The notes: generated from the sequence alone by a model not told the origin. A DNA stretch of 64,000 nt from an uncultured Gammaproteobacteria bacterium (GCA_964351225.1 CAYGNG010000011.1:886-64885), one strand, 5' to 3'; numbered from the stretch's first letter, positions 11,760 to 22,141 are shown. Numbers and translations: made by a program.

Positions 11760-12578
11760 CTAATGTTCATGACAGGCCATATTCAAATACACCATCGTTA
11801 GCATCATAAAAATATAAGTCTGCACGCTGATGATGAGAATATGAAACGCTGTCCATAAAAAATTGGGCACCCACAATACATAGAAGGGCAACAACCCAAT
11901 CAAGATAAACACCAACTCGCCAGCAAATAAATTACCATACAATCGCAGCGATAACGAAATGGGCTTAACAATCTCTTCGATGAGTTTTAACACCAGGTTA
12001 ACCGGCAATAAAATAATTTTGAAAATGAGGTTGTTTGCCGTAAACGGGGTGGTGGTAAACTCTTTCAAAACCCCCAAAATCCCCTTGCGGGTAAAGTTAA
12101 AGTAAAGGATCAGTAAAAACACGGTGAAGGACAGGGCAAACGTGGTATTCACATCGGCCGTTGGCACCACTCGTAAATAATGCACCCCAAGATGGCTGGC
12201 AACCCAAGGCAAAAAATCCAACGGCAGCAAATCCATAAAATTCATCAAAAAAATGTACAGTGCTAAAGTCAGCGCCAGCGGCGCCGCTAATTTGCTCTTA
12301 CCATCAAATGTTTCTTTGACACTGTCGTTAATGAAGTCTAAAACCATCTCAACAAACACTTGGAAACGACCAGGGACACCCGGTGTCGCTTGCGACGCGG
12401 CTTTGCAAATAAAAAACCCAATTCCGACTAACAAAAGTGTCGAGAAAAACAATGTGTCGACATTTAACGTATAAAACCCACCTTTATCATCAAAGGTCAT
12501 CGACGTCACATTGAATTTCAAATGTGTCAAATGGTGTTTAACATATTCCGACGCTGTCAAATTACCTTCACCACTCAT
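11760..12578 (-). CDS. atpB: ATP synthase F0 subunit a
   Basis: 272 aa polytopic membrane protein in operon position, with a conserved arginine-containing region (LSLRLYGNLFAGE). Confidence 0.9.
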   Translation of the reverse strand: MSGEGNLTASEYVKHHLTHLKFNVTSMTFDDKGGFYTLNVDTLFFSTLLLVGIGFFICKAASQATPGVPGRFQVFVEMVLDFINDSVKETFDGKSKLAAPLALTLALYIFLMNFMDLLPLDFLPWVASHLGVHYLRVVPTADVNTTFALSFTVFLLILYFNFTRKGILGVLKEFTTTPFTANNLIFKIILLPVNLVLKLIEEIVKPISLSLRLYGNLFAGELVFILIGLLPFYVLWVPNFLWTAFHILIISVQTYIFMMLTMVYLNMACHEH

Positions 12579-12961
12579 ATTACGCGACCCATCTCACTAT
12601 TAAATAAAGGTGTTAACCAATTTGCAAACAATGTTGCAATTAAACCCAGTAAAACCATTAATCCATCGCCCGGAAAATACTTCATGGTCACAAATAAAAA
12701 AAGTGTTGCGCCCAACAGCTTACTCGCTTCAGCGACATATATTTTCGTTACCATGGCTTGCTCAGTCTCTGAGGCGCCCAATGCGATTTTCATAAAAACA
12801 ATATTAGGGATAATAACGATTAACCCACCGATGAACGCTGAACTTGCAGCGACCAAACTTCGAAACAATAATATCACCGATAACAATAAGGCGATAATCA
12901 TTTGGTTGCGGATCACGGCTCTTGCAAATCGAGTCACGTGTTTAACGTTGCGCTTGGCCAT
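12575..12961 (-). CDS. atpI: ATP synthase protein I
   Basis: Small hydrophobic protein at the head of the atp operon. It overlaps the atpB start by 4 nt. Confidence 0.65.
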   Translation of the reverse strand: MAKRNVKHVTRFARAVIRNQMIIALLLSVILLFRSLVAASSAFIGGLIVIIPNIVFMKIALGASETEQAMVTKIYVAEASKLLGATLFLFVTMKYFPGDGLMVLLGLIATLFANWLTPLFNSEMGRVI

Positions 12962-13033
12962 CTGCCGTTTTTAACCCCACATTTAAGGTCGCAAAGTATA
13001 CTGATTATATTGCTATCATGCAATCATTAGGAC

Positions 13034-14101
13034 TTACGATAACCGCGCTATGTGTGCAGCGTGGCGATTACGCATATCTTGCGCTATCGTGCGCGCAAGA
13101 CTGGGTAAATGTGCCCCACACAAGATTGAATTATGATCACAATCTACCCATGTGGTTGTCAGATCCCGTAAAAACTTCTCCCACCCATGTGACTTTCTCT
13201 GCAAAAATAATTTTGAGTGTGGCAAACTGTGCCGCGACTGAAAAGACACGACCGGCTTATGGTAAATTTGATTCCGATGACGCATGAGCAACTTAATGTC
13301 ATTTCGGGTGGCCGCAAGAACGTGTTCCAACATCGGTTGTGGTAATTCACCCAAATAATGGCCAATGCGGTTAGGAAATTCTTGCTGAATACCTTTTAAG
13401 GTAATCATCCTTAAAACATGGCGCAACTGCACGCTGTCGTAACACGGCGTATCCAGCAAATAAATGGCCAATACCGCCTGACCTTCTGCTAAAAATTGTT
13501 GCGCAACTTCCAGCGCTAGTGTGCCGCCATAAGAAAAACCACCCAGAAAATACGGCCCCTCTGGAACCCGCGTTGCGATGTACTTTTTATAGCGCTTCGC
13601 TAATACCGTTAAAAACGGCATAAATTGCTCCCCACTGTATAAATTGTGTGAGTTAACCGCGTAGACCGCTGAATCCGTTTGCAACAGCTGGCTAAGCTCA
13701 CCGTAAACTTCCGCCCCGAATAAACTCGGTGGAAAAAAAATTAATGGTGGCGCACCTGAGCATCCGGCTTGCCATTGAATAATGGGCTCATAAGGAATAT
13801 GCAAATGAGGATGCTTACGCAAGGCAAGCGATTGTTGATAAATTGTCTGATTATGTTGCAGCCAGTCTGCGGGTAATGCTACCTGGAACTGCGCTTCGAT
13901 TCGTTGCTTCAGCCGCCGGCTTTTATCTCTGTCTGGATCAAACTGCGCGAGCGCAACCGTGACGCTATTAATCCGCTGTTGTAGGATTTCGCCCCACAAT
14001 CGGTAAAGCTGATATTCCACTTGATGATACAGCTGAAAACAGGGCGCTTGTAACCATTGCGCTTTATCGAGCGGTTTGCAACGCGCTATCTTTATTTTCA
14101 T
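13034..14101 (-). CDS. Alpha/beta-hydrolase, thioesterase-like (GxSxG), divergent from the megasynthase
   Basis: GFSYGG nucleophile elbow in a lipase/thioesterase-like context. I chose the ATG at 14101 (MKIKIARCK...) over the ORF-track start at 14152, which would overlap the neighbouring gene. Confidence 0.6.
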   Translation of the reverse strand: MKIKIARCKPLDKAQWLQAPCFQLYHQVEYQLYRLWGEILQQRINSVTVALAQFDPDRDKSRRLKQRIEAQFQVALPADWLQHNQTIYQQSLALRKHPHLHIPYEPIIQWQAGCSGAPPLIFFPPSLFGAEVYGELSQLLQTDSAVYAVNSHNLYSGEQFMPFLTVLAKRYKKYIATRVPEGPYFLGGFSYGGTLALEVAQQFLAEGQAVLAIYLLDTPCYDSVQLRHVLRMITLKGIQQEFPNRIGHYLGELPQPMLEHVLAATRNDIKLLMRHRNQIYHKPVVSFQSRHSLPHSKLFLQRKSHGWEKFLRDLTTTWVDCDHNSILCGAHLPSLARTIAQDMRNRHAAHIARLS

Positions 14102-14179
14102 TACCCTTTTCTCACAGTTTATGCTCGCATCGTGGGCGAAACACCCATACAATTCAAGCTCACAACAAAGGTGTTTGTA

Positions 14180-17100
14180 ATGGATAACCTCAAATTTTTC
14201 CCTGAAATTTTATGCCACAAGGCCAATACCTTTGCCAACAATCCGGCTATCACCTTCATCGATAAAGAATCAAAAAAATTTTCAACCTATCGACAGTTAG
14301 CAATCGACGCTACCGCCTTTGCCCAATGGTTTCTTACTCGTAACCTCAAACCAGCACGGGTATTGCTCTTTTTACCACCTGGCATTACCTACCTCAGTGC
14401 CTTTGCCGGCTGCCTCGGTGCCGGCATGATAGCGGTCCCCTGTTATCCGCCGCGCAATAATCACCATTTGCTACGCTTGCAAGCCATCCTTCACGACGCG
14501 AATGCCGATTTTATTATTACCACCGAAAAAATCGCTTCCCGTTTTAACTTTACGCACACGGTGATCATTGCAGAAGAAATTTTAACGCGACAACCCGCCG
14601 TCATGGAACCCTTGTCCTGCCATGCCGATGATATCGCTTTCTTACAATATACCTCTGGCTCCAGCGGCGATCCCAAAGGCGTGATCGTAACCCACGCCAT
14701 GCTCAGTTATAATATCAATGCTTCTATGGCCCAATATGGCGATGAATATTTCCAAACGTGTTGTTCCTGGCTACCCCCCTACCACGACATGGGGTTGCTA
14801 TTGGGGTTATTAGCACCCATCTACGCCGGTGGCCACAGCATCAACATGGCGCCCACCACTTTTTTGTCCCGTCCGGTTTTTTGGTTAGAAACCATCAGCC
14901 ACTATCGCGTTCAATTCAGCATCGCGCCTAATTTTGCTTATGACTATTGCTGGCAAAACACCACCAGCGCGCAAAAGCAAGCGCTGGATTTGACCTGCTG
15001 GAAAGTGGCCGCCAATGGCTCTGAACCCATCAGCGCCAACACCCTACAGCAATTCAGTGCGGCATTTGCTCGCTGTGGTTTTAATGCGCTCGCATTCTGT
15101 CCCAGCTATGGCATGGCCGAAAACACCCTCGGGATCTCCGCTGTCTCCGCCGATGAGCCACCCAAAATTTTGCACGCCAGTCTCGCTGAATTCCAGCGAG
15201 GAAAACTGCGCCTGGTTGAAGATAAGCACCCCCATAACATTGCTTTGGTTTCTTGTGGCAAACCGTTGCGGGGGCAAACCATTCGCATTGTACAACAGGC
15301 CGAAGAAAAGCCGGCTAATTGTTTGGGAGAGATTTGGTTAAAAGGCCCAAGCTGCGCACCGGGATATTGGCAAAACCCCAAATTGTCTGAACAAACCTTT
15401 CATGCGGCATTGTCGCCAAGAGACCAAAACTATTTACGAACCGGTGACCTGGGTTTTCTCGATACCGAAGGGCATCTGTATATCGCCGATCGCCTAACCG
15501 ATAGGTTATCTCGCTATGGGATGCAATATGCGCCATCGCTTATCGAGCAATCGGCAGCGGCTTGCTGCCCGGATTTAATTAAAAACGCCGCTGTTGCTTT
15601 CGCCGTTGAGACACGGCAACAAACGCAATTCATTTTAGTCAGCGAAATCCATCGCCACGCTCCAATCACCGAACAATTGTTTTCTAATATTTTGTCGCAC
15701 ATCGTGGCAGAGCATCAGGTTTTTCTCGATAAAATCATTTTAATTCGCCAAGTCAGCCTGCCCAAAACCTCCAGCGGGAAAGTCCAAAGAAGATTGTGCA
15801 AACACCACTATTTGCGTGGTGACTTGCAGGTGATCGCCAGCTGGGAAGCGCCTACCTTTCATCAAAATCCACAACCCCTGTTTCAACAAGCCCGCCCCCG
15901 CACAGAAACCGATATTTTAACGTGGTTGTCGGCCTGGCTCAAAATCCACTTTGCCCGCAACGTCGACGCGATAAACCCACAACAAAGTTTACATTATTAT
16001 GGCGTAACCTCTATTTCGTTAGCAAAACTCAGCGCCGATTTGCATTTATGGCTCGGGCAAATTATTCAACCGACCCTCTTATTCGAACATCATACCATTG
16101 CCGATCTCACGACCGCATTGATGGCGCTGAGCCAAACAAACCACCCAGCCCGCGTGCCCTCAAAAAAACCCCGCGCGAATGACAACCAATTTGCCATTGT
16201 CGGAATGAATTGTCGCCTCGCTGACATTGAAGATCTCGACGCGTTTTGGCACTTGCTATTAAGCGGCAAAACCACCATCGAAAACAACATACCGTTCCGC
16301 GAAGGCGCTTCGTTAACTGAAATCAACGCCGGCAGCTTTATTCACAACATTGAATTATTTGATGCTCATTTTTTTAATTGCCACGAAAAAGAAGCGATAG
16401 CGCTCGATCCGCAACAACGCTTATTGTTAGAGTGCAGCTGGCGCGCTTTTGAAAACGCGGGCATTGACGTCGCCAGCCTTTCTGGTAGTGGCACCGGCGT
16501 TTTCATCGGGATCAGCACGCATGATTATGGTCAACAACAACAATTTGCCGATCGCCAAACGTTGCCTTATATCAACACCGGTCATGCCCTAAGCACCGCC
16601 GCCGGGCGACTGGCGTATTTTTATAATTTTCTCGGCCCGGCGCTCGCTATTGATACCGCTTGCGCTTCATCCTTAAGCGCCATCGTTGAAGCCTGTTTAC
16701 ACTTACAAGCCACAACCTGTGATTTAGCCGTCGCCGGCGGCGTCAATGTCATTTTATCGCAACAAACCCACCAGGGTTTTGTAGCAGCAAATATGTTGTC
16801 GACAACCGGAGAGTGCGCCCCCTTTGCGCAAACCGCCAATGGCTATGTCCGTGGCGAAGGCTGTGGCGTGATTTTGCTAAAAAGACTGAGTGACGCCATC
16901 GAGGCCGGTGATCGCGTGTTGGCAATTATCACGGGGGTGGCGCAAAATCAAGATGGTTTCAGCAATGGCTTAACCGCCCCTAATGGCAAAGCGCAAGTCG
17001 CGTTGATGCAACACGCCTTGCAACAAGCGCAATGCCAGCCCCATGATATTTCTTTCATTGAAACCCATGGCACCGGCACCCGCTTAGGCGATGCCGTTGA

Positions 17101-19123
17101 AGGTGAAGCAATTGGCAACGCCTATTTGCAAAATAGGCCAAATGCCTTGCCGCTTTATCTTGGTACCCTAAAAGCAACCATCGGTCATTGTGAAGCGGCA
17201 GCCGGTGTCATGAGTGTGATCAAAACCGTTTTAATGTGTCAGCATCGAGCCATTGCGCCGAATCGATCGGTCCGCGTGCTCAATAGCTTTTTGAAACCAT
17301 TCGCCGAAAAATTACTTTTGCCCACTGAAATTACACCATGGCAGCCGCAAGGCGTTCGTTGCGCGGCGATCAGTTGTTTTGGTTTTTCAGGAACCAATGT
17401 CCACTTGATTTTACAAGAAGCCCATATCCCATCTCGCCGAAAACCACTGCCGCCATTGCCTTTTCACCGCGAGAAATACTGGCTAAGCCCACATCGCCCC
17501 CAACCTGTTTTTTCAGTGCCCGCACACGCCACGAGCGCCACCATTGCTGAAATTATTGTGCGTCATTTCGCGCAAAGCTTGCAAATGCCATCCGTTCCGC
17601 TTGATGCCCATTCGCCTTTTGTGGATATGCCGTTGGATTCCATTTTAGTCATTCGCTTATTACAATTTGTCGAGCAATTTTTTAACGTATCGCTATCGAG
17701 CCAAATGCTTTTTAATAAATACCCAACCATCGCTGCGCTTGCCGATTATATTTGGGCCAAGCGCAAGCCACAGCGCCCACCCCGGTCTGAGCGCTCAGCC
17801 ATAACGCGCTTTGTCCAACAATTTCAAGCAAAAACCACCCGCTCACGGCAAGCCGCCCGCCGCCTGCAGCAAGCGGTCGCCGACATGCGCTCCTTCCCGG
17901 CACAAACCCTTTATCGCGAATTGCTGCCAGCCATGTACCCGTTAGTGGCAAGCCGAGCCCAAGGCGCGCATCTGTGGGATTTAGATGATAATCACTATAT
18001 TGATTTATGCCTGGGGTTTGGGGTTCATTTATTTGGGCATAATCCCTTGTTTCTCAATCAAGCCTTGCAACAATCGCTGCAAAACGGTTATCAGCTCGGC
18101 CCTCGCAGTGAGTTAATCGCTGAAGTCGGTGAAAAAATTTGTCGGCTCACGCAACAAGATCGGGTCGCTTTTGCCGTTACCGGAACCGAAGCGATAATGC
18201 TGGCCATTCGGTTAGCCCGTGCCGCTACCGGCAAAAACAAAATTGTCATCTTTGCTGAATGCTACCATGGCCATACCGATACCGTGCAAGCGGTGAATTA
18301 CCAACAACGGGTATCGCCCAAATATCTGGGGATCCCGCCAAGCGCTATCCAAGACACCTTGGTTTTTTCATTGCATAATCCAGCCGCTTGTTATGACTAT
18401 ATTGAAAAACACAGCCACCACATCGCAGCGGTTTTGCTTGAACCCATACCCGCCCGACAACCGGCATTGCAAACCCAAATCGTATGCCAAACGCTGCGTA
18501 ACATCACGGAAAAACACACCATCGCGCTGATTTTCGACGAAATGATCACCGGTTTTCGGGTAGCCCCCGCGGGCGCCCAAAGCCTGTTTGCTATCAAGCC
18601 CGATCTCAGCGTTTATGGCAAAACCTTAGGGGGGGGCTTACCACTGGCGGTGGTGGCCGGTCGGGAAGACTATTTGCGCTTTATTGATGGCGGCCGTATG
18701 GCGCTTGACGACGCCAGCCACCACGGGATCACCCTCTCTGCTGGGACTTTCGGTAAACACCCGCTGGCGTTAGTGCTCGCCAATCGCTTTTTAGAAAAAA
18801 TACAGCAAGAAAGCCCTGCCTTACAACAGCAATTGCATGCGGTAACCGCTTCTTTTGTTAGCCGCTGCAATGGCTTATTACACAGCGCCGAGCTACCCAT
18901 TCAATTACAACACCGCGCATCGATGATGCGGTTCACCCCCCACTCCGGATACGATCTCAGCCTGTTTATCTTGCTGCTCATTTATCATGGCATTTATATT
19001 TGGGAAGGGCAGACCTGCTTCTTAGGAACCAATCACACCCCACAAGACATCAGCCACCTGTTAGAAAAAATTTCCAATTCTATTCAAGCGGTTAAAAACC
19101 TTCAACCGGTTAGGCCCCAGTGA
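14180..19123 (+). CDS. Hybrid megasynthase: fatty acyl-AMP ligase - ACP - ketosynthase - ACP - class III (PLP) aminotransferase
   Basis: FAAL motifs YTSGSSGDPKGV, YRTGDLGF and LPKTSSGKVQRR. First carrier domain around YGVTSISLAKL. KS motifs IVGMNCRLADIEDLDAFW, DTACASSLSA (Cys), ETHGTGTRLGD (His) and IGHCEAAAG (His). Second ACP MPLDSILVIRLL. Aminotransferase III motifs FDEMITGFR and YGKTLGGGLP (PLP lysine). No AT, KR or C/A domain. The start at ATG 14180 follows an AAGGTG RBS. Confidence 0.85.
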   Translation: MDNLKFFPEILCHKANTFANNPAITFIDKESKKFSTYRQLAIDATAFAQWFLTRNLKPARVLLFLPPGITYLSAFAGCLGAGMIAVPCYPPRNNHHLLRLQAILHDANADFIITTEKIASRFNFTHTVIIAEEILTRQPAVMEPLSCHADDIAFLQYTSGSSGDPKGVIVTHAMLSYNINASMAQYGDEYFQTCCSWLPPYHDMGLLLGLLAPIYAGGHSINMAPTTFLSRPVFWLETISHYRVQFSIAPNFAYDYCWQNTTSAQKQALDLTCWKVAANGSEPISANTLQQFSAAFARCGFNALAFCPSYGMAENTLGISAVSADEPPKILHASLAEFQRGKLRLVEDKHPHNIALVSCGKPLRGQTIRIVQQAEEKPANCLGEIWLKGPSCAPGYWQNPKLSEQTFHAALSPRDQNYLRTGDLGFLDTEGHLYIADRLTDRLSRYGMQYAPSLIEQSAAACCPDLIKNAAVAFAVETRQQTQFILVSEIHRHAPITEQLFSNILSHIVAEHQVFLDKIILIRQVSLPKTSSGKVQRRLCKHHYLRGDLQVIASWEAPTFHQNPQPLFQQARPRTETDILTWLSAWLKIHFARNVDAINPQQSLHYYGVTSISLAKLSADLHLWLGQIIQPTLLFEHHTIADLTTALMALSQTNHPARVPSKKPRANDNQFAIVGMNCRLADIEDLDAFWHLLLSGKTTIENNIPFREGASLTEINAGSFIHNIELFDAHFFNCHEKEAIALDPQQRLLLECSWRAFENAGIDVASLSGSGTGVFIGISTHDYGQQQQFADRQTLPYINTGHALSTAAGRLAYFYNFLGPALAIDTACASSLSAIVEACLHLQATTCDLAVAGGVNVILSQQTHQGFVAANMLSTTGECAPFAQTANGYVRGEGCGVILLKRLSDAIEAGDRVLAIITGVAQNQDGFSNGLTAPNGKAQVALMQHALQQAQCQPHDISFIETHGTGTRLGDAVEGEAIGNAYLQNRPNALPLYLGTLKATIGHCEAAAGVMSVIKTVLMCQHRAIAPNRSVRVLNSFLKPFAEKLLLPTEITPWQPQGVRCAAISCFGFSGTNVHLILQEAHIPSRRKPLPPLPFHREKYWLSPHRPQPVFSVPAHATSATIAEIIVRHFAQSLQMPSVPLDAHSPFVDMPLDSILVIRLLQFVEQFFNVSLSSQMLFNKYPTIAALADYIWAKRKPQRPPRSERSAITRFVQQFQAKTTRSRQAARRLQQAVADMRSFPAQTLYRELLPAMYPLVASRAQGAHLWDLDDNHYIDLCLGFGVHLFGHNPLFLNQALQQSLQNGYQLGPRSELIAEVGEKICRLTQQDRVAFAVTGTEAIMLAIRLARAATGKNKIVIFAECYHGHTDTVQAVNYQQRVSPKYLGIPPSAIQDTLVFSLHNPAACYDYIEKHSHHIAAVLLEPIPARQPALQTQIVCQTLRNITEKHTIALIFDEMITGFRVAPAGAQSLFAIKPDLSVYGKTLGGGLPLAVVAGREDYLRFIDGGRMALDDASHHGITLSAGTFGKHPLALVLANRFLEKIQQESPALQQQLHAVTASFVSRCNGLLHSAELPIQLQHRASMMRFTPHSGYDLSLFILLLIYHGIYIWEGQTCFLGTNHTPQDISHLLEKISNSIQAVKNLQPVRPQ

Positions 19124-19185
19124 TAAGGTGGTGTGCTTAATTATTTGCTATACTGATAAGAACGATAATAAGCATTGAGATAACC

Positions 19186-20043
19186 ATGGCATTACCCACG
19201 CCCAGAGACAGTAACAGTGACCTCACAGAACGCACGCGCAGCAACAGTGAACCCGAACCAGTAAAAGCCTCAGAGCAAAAACCTCGCCCTCGCTCATCAA
19301 GCTATGCTAATATTCATCAGACTTTAAAAGCAAACCCACCACAGCCCGACAGTGGACCGCAGCCAGAAATCGCCACCATTGGCACCTCAACGCAACAAAC
19401 TGAAGAAGCGAAAAAGCAACAAACTGACGACGAGAAGAAAAAAGCGGAGGACGCTTTTCAAGCTCAGCTTGCAACTATGGGCACCTCCATTGAGACGGCA
19501 GTACACACCGTGCTTAAAAATTCAAATGACAATGAAGAACTTACAGAAGAAACAAAAAAATCCATCACGATCACCCCAGGGAAAGAAGAAGATGGCAAAG
19601 GAAATGAATTCACGGTGAAGATGCCCAACGAACTTAGTTTTAAAATCACACTCCAAAAAGACGGATCCCTCTCTTGCAACAAGCTTAAGGATCCCGAGGC
19701 GTTAGCGGTATTAATGGAAACGTACAAACAACAAAACCCCGACAAAAAAGGATTTGATATTTTTGGAAAGCAAGATATTGACGCGAATATGGCAATAGTT
19801 GAAGCCGGATTAAAGGCTGGCTTGTTTTATAATGGCAACGATGACAAGATCAATAAAAGAATTAATAGCGACGAGAAGCTCAAGGAAATGCAAGGGAAAT
19901 TAAAAAAAGAAGCAAAAGCGGAAGAAACCACCGCCAACACCGCGACACAACAACACGCGCCTGTGGTGGGGGTGGGGGTGGAGGCGCCACCGCAACCGCA
20001 ACCGCCATCGCAACCGCCATCGCCATCGCCATCGCCTTCGTAA
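19186..20043 (+). CDS. Intrinsically disordered K/E/T-rich protein with a C-terminal (PQ/PS)n repeat
   Basis: 285 aa of low-complexity sequence with no hydrophobic core. It ends PPQPQPPSQPPSPSPSPS, encoded by a GCCATC-type hexanucleotide array. It lies 63 nt after the megasynthase stop on the same strand. Confidence 0.5.
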   Translation: MALPTPRDSNSDLTERTRSNSEPEPVKASEQKPRPRSSSYANIHQTLKANPPQPDSGPQPEIATIGTSTQQTEEAKKQQTDDEKKKAEDAFQAQLATMGTSIETAVHTVLKNSNDNEELTEETKKSITITPGKEEDGKGNEFTVKMPNELSFKITLQKDGSLSCNKLKDPEALAVLMETYKQQNPDKKGFDIFGKQDIDANMAIVEAGLKAGLFYNGNDDKINKRINSDEKLKEMQGKLKKEAKAEETTANTATQQHAPVVGVGVEAPPQPQPPSQPPSPSPSPS

Positions 20044-20059
20044 AAAATCCCACCGGATT

Positions 20060-20086
20060 AGGGTCTGTGGCTAATTGCTTTTTCGG
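20060..20086 (-). repeat. Solo TIR of the MITE-like family, in the parB 3' region
   Basis: agggtctgtggctaattgctttttcgg. Compare agggtctgtttacaattgctttttcgg, the reverse complement of the right TIR. Confidence 0.5.
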
Positions 20087-20182
20087 CTGCGAATCGTCTC
20101 TATTGAATTGAATGATGGCGCGCGCTGCTTTGTTAAAAACGCAACTAACATCGGTTGTTGTAAGTCCTAACGGTGGCAAGCC

Positions 20183-21079
20183 CTACCGCAAGTGATCTAA
20201 AATCCCTTCCAGTTGTTCTAACGAGTGATATTGAATAACGATTTTTCCTTTGCCCTTCGGATGATGCTCAATAGCAACCAATGCGCCTAATGATTCCGAT
20301 AAGCTTTTTTGCAACCGCGAAATATCCGGATCGGATTTCGCTTTGGCGGCAGCTGCTGTTGGTTTCTGTGCGCCTTCTAATCGTTGCCGAAGGTAATTTT
20401 CGGTATCGCGCACCGTCAAATGGCGCTCGACTATGCAATGCGCCGCTTGCAATTGTTGGTTTTTATCCACCAAACCCAAAAGCACTTTGGCGTGCCCCAT
20501 TTCCAAGTCGCCATTCTCAACTAAGCGCAAAACGTCCGTGTCTAAATTTAACACGCGCAACAAGTTGCTAACGCTGACGCGATTTTTACCCAAAGCATCC
20601 GCGGCTTCTTGATGGGTTAAATCAAACTCATTAATCAAGCGTTGGATCGCTCTGGCTTCTTCGATGGGGTTGAGTTGTTCGCGTTGAATGTTTTCGATGA
20701 GCGCCACCGCTAATGCGGCCTGATCCGACACGTCGCGAATAACCGCGGGGACCTCTGCGATACCGGCAATTTGTGCGGCTCGCCAACGGCGCTCACCCGC
20801 GATAATTTCATATTGGTTCTCTGCAAGCGGCCGCAACACAATCGGTTGAATAATCCCTTGATGGCGAATGGATTCGGCCAGCTCCTGCAGCGCTTCGTGA
20901 TCAAAGGCTTTGCGTGGTTGATAGCGACCGGCTTTTATCCATTCAATGGGGATCTGCTTTAATTTTTCTTTGTTAACCGATCCCTCCGTCCCGGCCATCG
21001 GATCCGGTGTTGTGATCTCCGCAGTGCTCAACAATTCCGATAGCCCACGACCTAAACCACTGCGCTTCTTAACCACCAT
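20183..21079 (-). CDS. parB: Chromosome partitioning protein ParB
   Basis: ParB/Spo0J box (GERRWRAA), HTH region, 298 aa. Confidence 0.9.
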   Translation of the reverse strand: MVVKKRSGLGRGLSELLSTAEITTPDPMAGTEGSVNKEKLKQIPIEWIKAGRYQPRKAFDHEALQELAESIRHQGIIQPIVLRPLAENQYEIIAGERRWRAAQIAGIAEVPAVIRDVSDQAALAVALIENIQREQLNPIEEARAIQRLINEFDLTHQEAADALGKNRVSVSNLLRVLNLDTDVLRLVENGDLEMGHAKVLLGLVDKNQQLQAAHCIVERHLTVRDTENYLRQRLEGAQKPTAAAAKAKSDPDISRLQKSLSESLGALVAIEHHPKGKGKIVIQYHSLEQLEGILDHLR

Positions 21080-21089
21080 TTTTTATTCC

Positions 21090-21899
21090 TCATCCCATCT
21101 CAGCAACTGTCGTCGATTCTTGTTGCTTCACAAATTCACCATCGCGTTGTTTTAAAATTTCGGTCGCTAAATCCAGATAAGCTTTAGCGCCGGCGGATTG
21201 CTTATCATACAATATGGCGGGCAAACCAAAACTCGGGGCTTCGGCCAGGCGAACATTTCTCGGAATAACGGTATTGTATACTTTCTTGCCGAAATGTACG
21301 ATGATTTGTTCAGAAACATCATTAGTGAGGCGGTTTCGCGCGTCATACATGGTGCGAACCAACCCTTCTATGGTCAAATTCGGATTAACAGTGGTTTTTA
21401 TTTGCTCGATGGTTTTCACCAAACCGGATAAGCCCTCCAACGCATAGTATTCACATTGCATCGGGATCAACACGCTGTTTGCAGCGACTAAGGCATTAAT
21501 AGTCAACATATTAATGGAAGGCGGGCAATCGATGATAATAAAATCGTAACCATCCCGTACTCTGGCGAGTGCTTGCAATAAGCGATGCTCACGGTGCGTC
21601 TTATTGAGTAATCCCACTTCCGCGGCCACTAAATCACTATTGGTCGGTGCTAAATCATAACCTGCCATCGTACCAACAATGGCTTCTTGAATCTCTACTT
21701 CATCCAATAACACATCCGTCATCGTGATTTCGCGCATTTCTTTATCGATACCACTGCCCATCGTCGCATTCCCTTGTGGATCAATATCCACTAATAAAAC
21801 GCGACGCTGATGACTCGCGATGGATGCTGCAAGATTAATACAAGTCGTTGTTTTACCAACACCGCCTTTTTGATTGGCAACTGCAATAACTTTAGCCAC
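21090..21899 (-). CDS. parA: Chromosome partitioning ATPase ParA
   Basis: Deviant Walker A KGGVGKTT, 269 aa. Confidence 0.9.
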   Translation of the reverse strand: MAKVIAVANQKGGVGKTTTCINLAASIASHQRRVLLVDIDPQGNATMGSGIDKEMREITMTDVLLDEVEIQEAIVGTMAGYDLAPTNSDLVAAEVGLLNKTHREHRLLQALARVRDGYDFIIIDCPPSINMLTINALVAANSVLIPMQCEYYALEGLSGLVKTIEQIKTTVNPNLTIEGLVRTMYDARNRLTNDVSEQIIVHFGKKVYNTVIPRNVRLAEAPSFGLPAILYDKQSAGAKAYLDLATEILKQRDGEFVKQQESTTVAEMG

Positions 21900-22141
21900 A
21901 AATAGCCCCCTCTTGGCTGACAGCGCACAGGCTACCTGATAGCCAAAGCGACAGCAAGTTTTATAGAAACGTAGGGGTGAATTACCCCATCATGGCTAAT
22001 GGAATAATCTTGTCGAGCAAGCTATCCACCATATATAACGGGCAATTGAGTACGTCACCATCGCGTTGCAAATTAGCACCTGAAATCAAAATAGCGAACG
22101 CCGGGTTAAATTTCTCACGAAAAATTTTCTCGTCGTATCGT

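Noticed and set aside
14057-14179. ORF-track N-terminal extension of the megasynthase that overlaps the thioesterase gene
   Set aside because: The FAAL domain begins after the internal ATG at 14180, which has an AAGGTG RBS. The extension would overlap the divergent gene's coding region.
15015-18900. Short ORFs on both strands within the megasynthase
   Set aside because: The contiguous domain order FAAL-ACP-KS-ACP-AMT in one frame argues against internal genes or frameshifts.
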